A stretch of 64,000 nt of DNA from Candidatus Saccharimonadales bacterium (GTDB taxonomy: Bacteria; Patescibacteriota; Saccharimonadia; Saccharimonadales; UBA10212): the NCBI GenBank assembly GCA_038245195.1, contig JBBRSU010000001.1:121-64120 (forward strand), written 5' to 3'. The position numbers were made by a program, and so were the translations under genes. The notes under the pieces were generated by a model. That model was not told the DNA's origin. It was given only the letters and a program-made list of their open reading frames with translations, and made no database searches. Positions 8,825-17,050 of this stretch are shown piece by piece. How positions within the stretch are numbered: position 1 is the stretch's first letter; every line of letters begins with the position of its first letter.

Positions 8825-8859
8825 TTTAAAAATACTTGACTTGTTAAGTATTTTTAAAA
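8825..8859. repeat. AT-rich inverted repeat containing copy A of the conserved 22-nt near-palindrome; probable bidirectional terminator
   Basis: ttttaaaAATACTTGACTTGTTAAGTATTtttaaaa, lying between the convergent mini-ORF and the 8854 gene. Confidence 0.6.
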
Positions 8860-9981
8860 ATGAACGTACTGGTGAGTTGGTTTTTGTGCCCGCAGGCTTT
8901 TGATGTTGCCCGAAATGTCATTTAGGTTAAAAACAATGTGCTCGGCGGTAAGATTATCTCCAGAAATGCCGGTTAGTTTAACGATTTGAAAGCTTGGGCC
9001 CTGGTTGGCTAAAACTGGGCTAGCCAGGATTATGTCAGACAGCTGGTTTAGCTTCATATCGTACAAAGCATTAACTACACTGGGTGGTAAATTGGGATTG
9101 GTTTTGGTAATTGAAAACCCGTAATCACCCCCGTTAGTTTTGGCCGATGGATCATCGGATACCTGCTTAGCAATAGTTGCAAAATCGGCCCCCGCTTTAA
9201 GCTGTGCCAACGCGTCGTTAGCTTTTTGATTGGCTGTGGTATCTAGTTTGGCAACTACTTTCTCTGTCAGTATTTCCTGTTTCAAGCTACGTTTAAAATC
9301 GTTTATCGACCAGCCCCAATAGCTCCGCAAAACGTCTTCGAATACTTTATTATTACCGCCCAGGCGGTTTTGATTACGGACTTCCGCTAATCGGTCATTA
9401 ACGTCTTTATTGCTCACGCCTACTCGGTTTTGGCTAGCCAGTTGTTTTACATAAGCATCATTTATAACGTTATCTAGGGCTTGTTTACGGAAAGCTACCA
9501 ACTGTTGGTGGTCAGCGCCAGCAAAGTTTCGCTGCTGCTGCGATTCATAGTAATGCACATAGTGGCGAAGTTCGAAAAAATAGTTTTCGTAGGACACATA
9601 GTGGCCGCCGGCTTTGGCAATCGGAAAAGGGACTACCTGAGTTACTCGATATAGGAAGGTATTGTACTGATAATATCGATATAGCCCCAAGAAGCAATAG
9701 ACAAACAAAGCGATAACTGCGGCCACCATGACGCTGGCGGTGATAGTAATAATTCGACGTTTGGAATGAGCCAATGGGTATATATATTTTCGGGCACCTT
9801 TAAGGACCTGTTCGCGATGTTCACCGATGTTCTCGGTGGTAATTTTTGGGACGTTATCTAAGCTAGGGCTATCATCTGTCTTATTAAGCGGATTTAAGCT
9901 GGCGGCCCGCTCGGCGACTACCTCTGGCATGATCTCTTTGGCTTTTTTTAGCCGGGGGTGTAGTTTGGGTCTTTTGACCAT
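8854..9981 (-). CDS. Membrane-anchored PpiC/parvulin-type peptidyl-prolyl isomerase (PrsA/SurA-like)
   Basis: 375 aa with an N-terminal TM helix and a SurA-N-like helical region. Parvulin signature DFATIAKQVSDDPSAKTNGGDYGF. Confidence 0.8.
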   Translation of the reverse strand: MVKRPKLHPRLKKAKEIMPEVVAERAASLNPLNKTDDSPSLDNVPKITTENIGEHREQVLKGARKYIYPLAHSKRRIITITASVMVAAVIALFVYCFLGLYRYYQYNTFLYRVTQVVPFPIAKAGGHYVSYENYFFELRHYVHYYESQQQRNFAGADHQQLVAFRKQALDNVINDAYVKQLASQNRVGVSNKDVNDRLAEVRNQNRLGGNNKVFEDVLRSYWGWSINDFKRSLKQEILTEKVVAKLDTTANQKANDALAQLKAGADFATIAKQVSDDPSAKTNGGDYGFSITKTNPNLPPSVVNALYDMKLNQLSDIILASPVLANQGPSFQIVKLTGISGDNLTAEHIVFNLNDISGNIKSLRAQKPTHQYVHF

Positions 9982-9984
9982 CGT

Positions 9985-10566
9985 TTAAGTGTTCATCTCC
10001 TCATGTTGGGGCGTTCTAGCACTATGGTGAATGCCTAAATCGCGTAAAATATGCACCATCTTGGTTTGGATTTTCTCCGGATGGTGCACCTGTTTTATCA
10101 CCAAGTCGCCCACGTAAGTTTGCACTACTATTGTACCAAAGTGCAGCACTGTTTCTTCCAAGCCGGTAATCTGGTAGTTAATCATTTGGATTTGATCCAA
10201 CCCAATATCAACCACATTGACTTGCAGTAGTGAGCGATTCTGTTGGATGAATCGTTTGTTAGTCATAATATAAACGCTAAAGTACCAGCGCACCCACCAA
10301 GGAAAAATTAAAATCATCGCTAGCAAAAAACTGGCCACCATACTTTCAAAAAAGAAAGCGATAGTTGGCGGATTGGTTTTATCAACGTAGGTCAGAATCA
10401 AGGTGTAAAGTGGCCCAACCAAGGTACCGAAGGCCGCCAAGATTAGACCTTTACGCATAATTATTGGGTGTTTTCTAAAAACTAATAAGGTTTCTTCGTC
10501 TTCGAATTGTTCTTTAAAATGTTTAGCTTTAGTTTCGGGCTTGGCTTTGGCCGGCTTTTCGCTCAT
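9985..10566 (-). CDS. Membrane protein with a bacterial PH-like (YdbT/DUF304-type) domain
   Basis: 193 aa with two or three TM helices, then YIMTNKRFIQQNR...FGTIVVQT, typical of bPH_2 domains. TACAAT lies 6 nt upstream of the ATG. Confidence 0.6.
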   Translation of the reverse strand: MSEKPAKAKPETKAKHFKEQFEDEETLLVFRKHPIIMRKGLILAAFGTLVGPLYTLILTYVDKTNPPTIAFFFESMVASFLLAMILIFPWWVRWYFSVYIMTNKRFIQQNRSLLQVNVVDIGLDQIQMINYQITGLEETVLHFGTIVVQTYVGDLVIKQVHHPEKIQTKMVHILRDLGIHHSARTPQHEEMNT

Positions 10567-10614
10567 GGATATATTGTAACTAAAAATGGTCTAAAGAGTT
10601 AGAATGGATTGGAC

Positions 10615-10689
10615 GCCCCTGTAGTTCAATGGATAAAACAACTCCGTCCTAAGGAGAAGCTAGAGGTTCGAATCCTCTCGGGGGCACCA
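10615..10689 (+). tRNA. tRNA-Arg (anticodon CCT)
   Basis: Hand-folded cloverleaf. Acceptor GCCCCTG/CGGGGGC, T arm AGAGG-TTCGAAT-CCTCT, anticodon loop GTCCTAA, encoded CCA. Confidence 0.85.
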
Positions 10690-10697
10690 TAAATTTT

Positions 10698-11192
10698 TTA
10701 CTGAGTTAGATGTTGATGGGCAGTTTTGTAGACGTGAAGCTCTTCTTTGGTGAACCAATGGTCAATTTCTTGCTTGGCTTCTTTAGGGTCGGCTGAGGCA
10801 TGGATAAGGTTTGGTAGGCCACCGCCCTTTTCATTAGCGTGGTCAATGGTCATGTGGGCGTAGTCACCCCTAATAGTGCCGGGTTGGGCTTTGTGGGGTT
10901 CGGTTTCGCCAACCATCTTTCGGACAGTCGGCACGGCCTGAACACCCTCTAAAACAGCCGCAATCACCGGGCCACTCTCCATAAAATCAGCGTTACGGCG
11001 ATAGACTTCTTCGCCACGCCGACTAATCAGTTGCCCAATATTTTCATAATGATGGTGATAATGTGCTTCATCGGGGCTGACCATTTTAAGACCAACAATC
11101 TTCAAACCAGCCCGCTCGAATCGGCTTAATATTTCGCCAGCGATGCCCCGGGCAACGGCATCGGGCTTAAGTACAATCAAAGTTTTTTCCAT
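10698..11192 (-). CDS. ndk: Nucleoside diphosphate kinase
   Basis: MEKTLIVLKPDAVARGIAGEILSRFERAGLKIVGLKM... and the NLIHASAD active-site His motif. Confidence 0.95.
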   Translation of the reverse strand: MEKTLIVLKPDAVARGIAGEILSRFERAGLKIVGLKMVSPDEAHYHHHYENIGQLISRRGEEVYRRNADFMESGPVIAAVLEGVQAVPTVRKMVGETEPHKAQPGTIRGDYAHMTIDHANEKGGGLPNLIHASADPKEAKQEIDHWFTKEELHVYKTAHQHLTQ

Positions 11193-11253
11193 TAACTACA
11201 ACTTTAACAGATATAAAATCGATAGTAAATCTGGCGAACTACCAAGGGCGCTC

Positions 11254-11262
11254 TGTTAGAAT
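11254..11262 (+). promoter_or_regulatory. Extended -10 (TGtTAGAAT) exactly 6 nt upstream of the recombinase ATG; implies a leaderless mRNA
   Basis: cTGtTAGAATaagcatATG. Confidence 0.5.
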
Positions 11263-11268
11263 AAGCAT

Positions 11269-12180
11269 ATGGATTACGAGCAGGCCGTCGCCGAATTTCT
11301 GGAATACCTCGAGCTAGAACAGAACCGCTCAATGAAAACCATCCAAAACTATAGCCACTACCTTACGCGCCTGAGTGATTTTGCCGGTGAGATTAAGCTA
11401 AACGAAATCGACGATGAGTTAATTCGAAAGTGGCGGATGTGGCTCAACCGTTTGCCGACTAGCAATGCCGACGAGCTATCCAAGACTACTCAGAATTATC
11501 ACCTAATTGCCTTGCGGTCTTTTTTGCGGTTTTGTGCCAAGCGTAACTGGGCCACATTACAACCCGATAAAATTGAGCTAGCCCGGACCAAACGCCCCCA
11601 AGTAACGTTTTTAAACACCGAGGAGTTGGCTCGGCTAACTCAACAACCCGATATCACCAAACTAAACGGCTTACGCGACCGAGCCATTTTAGAGCTTCTA
11701 TTCTCAAGTGGCTTGCGCGTTAGTGAGTTGGTGGGGCTAGACCGAGACCATATTAATCTTAAAAGACGGGAATTTATGGTGCGAGGCAAAGGCCAAAAAG
11801 ACCGACCCATTTTTATCAGTCCCGATGCCGCTGATTGGATCCAAAAATATTTAGACCTTAGGGCAGACAATACTAAACCTTTGTTTATCAGATATAGCGG
11901 ATCTCGGAAAGTGGATAACAGCGGTAACTTTAGCCGCTTAACCGCCCGTAGCATTCAGCGGATGGTGGCCCGTTATGCCCTGCTGGCTGGAATTACTAAG
12001 CACGTGTCGCCTCATACGCTACGCCACAGCTTCGCTACTGACTTATTGATGAACGGGGCCGACTTACGTAGCGTACAAGCCATGTTGGGCCATAGTAATA
12101 TAGCCACAACCCAAATCTACACCCATGTTACCGACCCGCACCTAAAAGCGGTCCACGAAAAATTCCACGCCAAAAAATAG
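11269..12180 (+). CDS. Tyrosine site-specific recombinase, XerC/XerD family
   Basis: 303 aa with an SAM-like N-domain. Catalytic region HTLRHSFATDLL...LGHSNIATTQIYTHV. Confidence 0.9.
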   Translation: MDYEQAVAEFLEYLELEQNRSMKTIQNYSHYLTRLSDFAGEIKLNEIDDELIRKWRMWLNRLPTSNADELSKTTQNYHLIALRSFLRFCAKRNWATLQPDKIELARTKRPQVTFLNTEELARLTQQPDITKLNGLRDRAILELLFSSGLRVSELVGLDRDHINLKRREFMVRGKGQKDRPIFISPDAADWIQKYLDLRADNTKPLFIRYSGSRKVDNSGNFSRLTARSIQRMVARYALLAGITKHVSPHTLRHSFATDLLMNGADLRSVQAMLGHSNIATTQIYTHVTDPHLKAVHEKFHAKK

Positions 12181-12189
12181 GGAGTCAGG

Positions 12190-13578
12190 TCAGCAAGCAC
12201 CCCATTTATAGGTACCGTCACTATACAAACAACCATTACCTGGTGTGCCCCCATCGGCCCTACAGAACCCTGCCGCCTCGTTTGGAATAAATGTCCCATC
12301 TAGCAAGCAACCAAAGACCGTTCTAACTGGAGTAGCACAACTATCTCCACCGCAAGTGGGTGGGCAACCCGGCGGAGTTATACAGCCACCACCGCCTCCA
12401 CCACCGCCTCCGCCTCCGCAGGCATCGCCGCCGCAGGTAGCCGGGCAGCCAGGAGGTGAAATGCAGGCAATGATTGGGCCAGTCACAGGGCCGGCTTGTG
12501 ATGGTGTTGCATCCTGGCAGGTGCTATCTCCACTTGGGTCATTACCAGTATCTACTTGCGGTGTATCAAAATTACCTCGAGCACTTACAGGTACCCTGAA
12601 AAGCTTGCAAATAGTGTTCATAGACCACACCGCATTTATGGGGCTGTTGTATTGGTTAGAGTTATCGAGAATTGCCCTTACTCTTTGTGATATATCGTTT
12701 CCGGTGCCAGTTATATCTAAAACGCTTTGGTTCCCTGTGAGTTGCAGTACTCTGCCCCCAGGATTTGTTGCGACTATAACCCCAGATAACGGTGTGTACA
12801 TAGCGGTTATACGTACGTAATATAAATTACCGGCTGATTGCAGTCCGTTAACTGACGAGACGCAAAACTGGTGTGGTGAGCTGGCATTCGGTAAGGCTAC
12901 GCCACCCGACTGGCAGTTACCGGATACAAATCCTCCATTCGACCCATAGTTCACGGTGTTCGACCCACCACTCGAAGGATACAGAAAGTAATTACGGGAC
13001 TTGCCGGTCAGCGTACTATTATCTGTCGCTGGTGGGGGAACAGGATATATCGCGGTTCGCAGGACTCCTGTGGCGTTCGGGGAAATAGCATCTTCTTTTG
13101 GCAAGAACCCTAAACCCCCTAGGGTTGATGTGTTAGAAGAGTTTTGCCAGCCAAAGTATAAACTATCTAAAGCAGGCTCGGTAATCTGATAAACTCGTGA
13201 TTCGCCGGCCTTTAGTTTAAATAAAATCTGCTTGGGGGCGGTGTCGATTATCACACAAGAGTATCGAACTAGATTATCACCGCTAATATTGCCTCCGGCT
13301 ACAAAGTTATTATTTGTCGGCGGGTCGCAGTTTGGATTTGCACCTCCCCCGGAATTTAGGTATGCTCTAGCATCATTGATACCCGACTCGGCTGCATAGT
13401 ATGCGACCGCCGAGAGCTGGCGATCCAGTGCTCTTTTGACCTCTCGGTTCATCAGGCGCGAAAAGCCCACGCTGACTAAGGCTAAGACTGTCATTAGAAT
13501 CATTACGACCAAAATCGATGCTACACCATTTTGGTCTGATTTGGTTTTCTGCCCGTTCATGTTGCTTATATTTAACAT
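12190..13578 (-). CDS. PilX-N-type pilus-associated protein with a Cys-rich C-terminal module (putative tip protein or adhesin)
   Basis: Last gene of the pilin cluster. N-terminus GVASILVVMILMTVLALVSVGFSRLMNREVKRALDRQLSAVAYYAAESGINDA is PilX_N-like. Start trimmed to ATG 13578, 4 nt after the upstream stop. C-terminus carries a duplicated C-I-S/T-P-P-G-C-P-x-T-C-G-G-D-x-C motif around an 11-Gly run. Confidence 0.65.
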   Translation of the reverse strand: MLNISNMNGQKTKSDQNGVASILVVMILMTVLALVSVGFSRLMNREVKRALDRQLSAVAYYAAESGINDARAYLNSGGGANPNCDPPTNNNFVAGGNISGDNLVRYSCVIIDTAPKQILFKLKAGESRVYQITEPALDSLYFGWQNSSNTSTLGGLGFLPKEDAISPNATGVLRTAIYPVPPPATDNSTLTGKSRNYFLYPSSGGSNTVNYGSNGGFVSGNCQSGGVALPNASSPHQFCVSSVNGLQSAGNLYYVRITAMYTPLSGVIVATNPGGRVLQLTGNQSVLDITGTGNDISQRVRAILDNSNQYNSPINAVWSMNTICKLFRVPVSARGNFDTPQVDTGNDPSGDSTCQDATPSQAGPVTGPIIACISPPGCPATCGGDACGGGGGGGGGGGCITPPGCPPTCGGDSCATPVRTVFGCLLDGTFIPNEAAGFCRADGGTPGNGCLYSDGTYKWGAC

Positions 13579-13582
13579 CTCT

Positions 13583-14176
13583 CTAGAAGGTTTGTAAAAT
13601 CGTTGCACTATAGTCAGCCGTAGCACAATACTGTGTACTATTGTCTGGACCGCTACATTGAGCATTAGGGTCCTGGGCATTTGGGGTCAAGACCGATGGA
13701 TCAGATCCATAAAAAACAATGTGCATGCTAATTGTGCACTGGCCGAACTGACAATTATTAAATTGAATGTTGTTAAGCTGCATGCCAGGATCTAATAATT
13801 CCGCGGCTGTGGATATGTTAGGGGCACCTGGGCCACAAGCATTTACATTTTCTTTCATAATTCCGATATCAGTGCTACTGCCCGGCGTGTACTGGGTACC
13901 CACTTTGTATGTATAACGGTGTTTGCCTATGCAGAAATAGCTTTGTGCTGGGAAGAATTGCGGCGAATTGCCATAAAATTGAATATCATTGGCTATATTC
14001 TGCACAGCATTTCTAGCGGTTTCCTGGGTGTTAGATAAATTTATACCTTTATAGAATAGTTGACTAATTCTGAGGAATGAAGAAACAAAAACTAGTAGCA
14101 CAACGGAAAAAACCGCTGTAGCTATCAATAGTTCTATTACCGTGAAGCCTGCATAGTTTCTTGATTTTTTAGCCAT
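13583..14176 (-). CDS. Minor type IV pilin/pseudopilin
   Basis: MAKKSRNYAG/FTVIELLIATAVFSVVLLVF prepilin signal. Start trimmed to ATG 14176. Confidence 0.75.
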   Translation of the reverse strand: MAKKSRNYAGFTVIELLIATAVFSVVLLVFVSSFLRISQLFYKGINLSNTQETARNAVQNIANDIQFYGNSPQFFPAQSYFCIGKHRYTYKVGTQYTPGSSTDIGIMKENVNACGPGAPNISTAAELLDPGMQLNNIQFNNCQFGQCTISMHIVFYGSDPSVLTPNAQDPNAQCSGPDNSTQYCATADYSATILQTF

Positions 14177-14177
14177 T

Positions 14178-14780
14178 TTAGAACCTATAATATACTTCCG
14201 CTTTTTGGTTCGAACCACCGCCCACCGGAGCCCAACGCACCGCAACTTTATATGCAGTCCGGTTTGGCAGACCCGATGTAGATGACGTTACTTGTGCAGC
14301 AATATCTACATAATAGTCGGTTGTCAAATGTCGCACACATGTATTGCCCCCGTTATCATTGTAGGGAGGAACAGTTAGGGCCTCGGCTTGAGCTTCGTTG
14401 GCAATCCCCGGATTAATCTGCGGCAACCAGGTTGCATCATCCAGCGGGTTTGTGGCACTGTCGAGTAAGCAGAAGTGTAGCTTAGCATTTGGATATGGTG
14501 CAAGTACTGTTCCATTACTATCCGCCAAGAAGTTCGCATCCCATTTAGCTTTATTGTTGTAATAGGTAAACTTGTAGCGACCTTTAAGGTCTGCTACCTG
14601 ATTTTGAATGATATTGAGTGCCTCATTGCGCTCCCGGGCATTAATAGCATTTTCAAGGCTTTTGTTGGCAATGGAATAGGAGGTTCCGATTGCAAAAGAT
14701 GCGATTGCTATAGATACCAGTACTTCAACAAGCGTGTCGCCGACTTTATTGGATTTAAGTTGTATAAATTTTGCAGCCAT
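14178..14780 (-). CDS. Minor pilin-like protein with an atypical +1 residue (G/DTLVEVLVS)
   Basis: MAAKFIQLKSNKVG/DTLVEVLVSIAIASFAIG. The TAATG overlap with the upstream gene favours a start at 14780. Confidence 0.6.
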   Translation of the reverse strand: MAAKFIQLKSNKVGDTLVEVLVSIAIASFAIGTSYSIANKSLENAINARERNEALNIIQNQVADLKGRYKFTYYNNKAKWDANFLADSNGTVLAPYPNAKLHFCLLDSATNPLDDATWLPQINPGIANEAQAEALTVPPYNDNGGNTCVRHLTTDYYVDIAAQVTSSTSGLPNRTAYKVAVRWAPVGGGSNQKAEVYYRF

Positions 14781-15616
14781 TAACAAACCTTGAATTCCAG
14801 CTTCGTGGAGGGGTTAAAGCCACCACCACTTAAAATTGTAAATAACGCCGTTTCTGAATTACTGTCATTCTGAAAACAGATTTCCCAATCGCTGAGTGCA
14901 GGAGGCTCTACTAAGCCGAAGCCAAATGTGCAAGGAGCTTTATTTTCAATACAATTAACTGTTGTAGTTGTTATCCCGCCCGCATCATTGCCTAGATTAT
15001 ATTGGTAGGCTTTTAAATTAGTTTCGCCGTTCTGACCGATTGCCGTGTCAGTGTTTAAACTCAAGTAAAAGCCGGCCAGGTGGCTATTATTTCCGGCAAT
15101 TCCGCTAGATTTTACAATGCTCCTAACTGTGGTGCCGGGTCCTAGGCTATATTTTTCTGTTAACTCCGCATTGCCAGTATCTCCGCCTGATGAGCCTGCA
15201 GCTGGGACGCTACCGCTGTCTTTGATGTTGGAGACTAGGTCTCCCGAACCCAGGGTTCTTTTTCCAAAGACGGAATAAGCGTAGACATTGGTAGCCGGGC
15301 TATCGACAAATTGGATCGCTTTACCCAGAAAAATACAGTTAGGTGCAGCCCCTGCTGATCTTGCACCATTCATAATCTGCACGGCCGAGCCACCTAAATC
15401 ACAATGGTTATTTGTTATGGTGCCATATGGAAAACCATTAGAAACGTCATCAAACCAACTTTGCATTTTTGACTGTAAGTCGTGCATGTTCTGGGTGAAA
15501 CGTTGCTTGCCATCTTGGCCGGATAAAAAAGTCATCGATACCCCAACTAAGATAATTGATATCGCCATGACGATCATTACTTCAATTATCGTGAAGCCCT
15601 CCGTCACGCGCTGCAT
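14780..15616 (-). CDS. Minor type IV pilin/pseudopilin
   Basis: MQRVTEG/FTIIEVMIVMAISIILVG prepilin signal; 278 aa. Confidence 0.75.
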   Translation of the reverse strand: MQRVTEGFTIIEVMIVMAISIILVGVSMTFLSGQDGKQRFTQNMHDLQSKMQSWFDDVSNGFPYGTITNNHCDLGGSAVQIMNGARSAGAAPNCIFLGKAIQFVDSPATNVYAYSVFGKRTLGSGDLVSNIKDSGSVPAAGSSGGDTGNAELTEKYSLGPGTTVRSIVKSSGIAGNNSHLAGFYLSLNTDTAIGQNGETNLKAYQYNLGNDAGGITTTTVNCIENKAPCTFGFGLVEPPALSDWEICFQNDSNSETALFTILSGGGFNPSTKLEFKVC

Positions 15617-15623
15617 AGGTCTC

Positions 15624-15632
15624 AGTATAGCA
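15624..15632 (-). promoter_or_regulatory. Internal extended -10 (TGcTATACT) 7 nt upstream of the minor-pilin ATG
   Basis: Minus strand reads aagcttaTGCTATACTgagacctATG, in the 49-nt pilD to minor-pilin gap. Confidence 0.5.
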
Positions 15633-15665
15633 TAAGCTTTACCGACAAAACACTATAATAACAGA

Positions 15666-16487
15666 TTAGGTAATCAGGTTTTTGTACCAGTTCAGAAGCG
15701 AGTCACCAAAAACTACTAGTACCCCGGTAGCAATGATTAGGAAAGGTCCATAAGGCAGCTTGCTGGTCATCTTCTTATCGCCCCTGGTTAAAGCCGGAAC
15801 AATTACAGCAGTTCCGATCAATGAAGCCAGGAAAAGCATCGCCATACTTTTCGCAGGATCGGCTAAGAGCGTTCCGGTTATAAGACCCAGACGCACGTCA
15901 CCGAAACCTATCCATTTACCCTTTGATACTGTAAATAAAAGAAAAAAGATGCCACTAGAGATGGCTACTGAAAATATCCAAAGCAGAAGTAGATGCCAAG
16001 GCCTCGTCCCAAACACAATAATAAAGACCAACCGCCCGACGAAAGCCACTAAAAATGTGGGGTAGATTATCTTATTAGGTAGTAGCATCCAGTGCAGATC
16101 ATAAACAGCCAGAGCCAATAAACCCACTGAGCAAGTTAGCCATGTAGCCAATAAGAGCCATTGTCCGCCTGTATGGACAGTTACCGGCCAAAATAAGTAA
16201 CTTCCCACAAATACAAACCCAGCAACTAGTTCAACGATTGGATATTGGAGCGATATTGGCTTTTTGCAATATCGGCACTTCCCCCTCAGAATCAGCCAGC
16301 TAAATATAGGCACCAAATCATACCAAGCCAGTTCGTGCTTACATTGAGTACACATAGAGCGTCCATTTATGATAGAAGGCTTAAAGTTCTTCTTCTTATT
16401 CTGTTCATGAAGTCGCCAAACAAGGGCGTTTACGAAACTGCCTGCACATATGCCTAGGAATAAAATATATAAGGCTACGAGAATCAT
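15666..16487 (-). CDS. pilD: Prepilin peptidase/N-methyltransferase (A24 family)
   Basis: 273 aa polytopic membrane protein. Cys pairs CTQCKHEL...CRYCKKPI in the cytoplasmic loop. GFGDVRLG Asp motif. Confidence 0.9.
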   Translation of the reverse strand: MILVALYILFLGICAGSFVNALVWRLHEQNKKKNFKPSIINGRSMCTQCKHELAWYDLVPIFSWLILRGKCRYCKKPISLQYPIVELVAGFVFVGSYLFWPVTVHTGGQWLLLATWLTCSVGLLALAVYDLHWMLLPNKIIYPTFLVAFVGRLVFIIVFGTRPWHLLLLWIFSVAISSGIFFLLFTVSKGKWIGFGDVRLGLITGTLLADPAKSMAMLFLASLIGTAVIVPALTRGDKKMTSKLPYGPFLIIATGVLVVFGDSLLNWYKNLIT

Positions 16488-16520
16488 TAGCCTTATCCTA
16501 GCAGAAATTGCCTTTCAATA

Positions 16521-16552
16521 GAAAAAGACCGTTTTGTTAAACGGTCTTTTTC
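16521..16552 (-). terminator. Rho-independent terminator/attenuator downstream of pilA
   Basis: Perfect 12-bp stem aaaagaccgttt/aaacggtctttt with a 4-nt loop, flanked by T runs, 17 nt after the pilA stop. Confidence 0.6.
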
Positions 16553-16568
16553 TCTTATTATTACGATT

Positions 16569-17021
16569 CTATGAATCGACGCAACGTGGCTGAATTGCTC
16601 CAGTTGTCTCAATGTTGAAAGTAACTGCAAAACCACGGGCTGTAGGAGTTCCTCCATAACCTGTCCCCGCAGCATTACAGGCTTTATTAAATTGCCAATA
16701 TGCTGAAACTGTGTCAGCTGGAGTCCCGGAAGTATAGCTGACTGTTGCTAGCTGACCGAGGCGAGTAGTATCGAGATCAACGTTTCCTACTCCAATTGAT
16801 GAACAGGTTCCTGTCACACCGTTGTGATTGGCTAAGCAGGTGTTTACGGCCGCCGCAATCTGGGCTGCATCATTGTTGCGCTGGGTATTACGGCTGTTTC
16901 TTTGTAGTGCCGGTACCGCCAAAAGCACGATAAGCAGAATGACAGCAGCTATGGCCAATACAATCATCACTTCGATGATCGTGAAGCCCTGTTCTCGCTT
17001 TTGTTTATATAGATTTTTCAT
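16569..17021 (-). CDS. pilA: Major type IV pilin
   Basis: MKNLYKQKREQG/FTIIEVMIVLAIAAVILLIVLLAVPALQRN; 150 aa. Has its own promoter, an SD (aaggggg) and a terminator. Start trimmed to ATG 17021. Confidence 0.85.
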   Translation of the reverse strand: MKNLYKQKREQGFTIIEVMIVLAIAAVILLIVLLAVPALQRNSRNTQRNNDAAQIAAAVNTCLANHNGVTGTCSSIGVGNVDLDTTRLGQLATVSYTSGTPADTVSAYWQFNKACNAAGTGYGGTPTARGFAVTFNIETTGAIQPRCVDS

Positions 17022-17050
17022 AGTGTTAAGCAAATGCCCCCTTTGCAATG

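Noticed and set aside
8831-8852. The idea that the AATACTT/AAGTATT core is a DNA uptake sequence
   Set aside because: My manual scan found about 19 copies of the 7-mer or its complement in the window, against roughly 10 expected from composition. About half of them belong to the four palindromes. That is far below the density of known uptake sequences, and the manual scan may also have missed copies.
10615-12180. tRNA-Arg plus a nearby tyrosine recombinase as the edge of an integrated mobile element
   Set aside because: The recombinase has XerC/D-type motifs and size, and ndk lies between it and the tRNA. I found no direct repeat of the tRNA 3' end further along, and the following pilus operon has native composition.
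12385-12417. The Gly11 tract as a homopolymer sequencing or assembly artefact
   Set aside because: At the nucleotide level it is a mix of GGA, GGC, GGT and GGG codons (gccaccaccgcctccaccaccgcctccgcctcc), not a mononucleotide run, and the reading frame is maintained across it.
12245-12820. 191-aa ORF with a poly-Pro run, antisense to the PilX-like gene
   Set aside because: It is the mirror image of the Gly/Cys-rich coding strand (poly-Gly codons read as poly-Pro). The minus-strand frame has the PilX_N motif and operon context.
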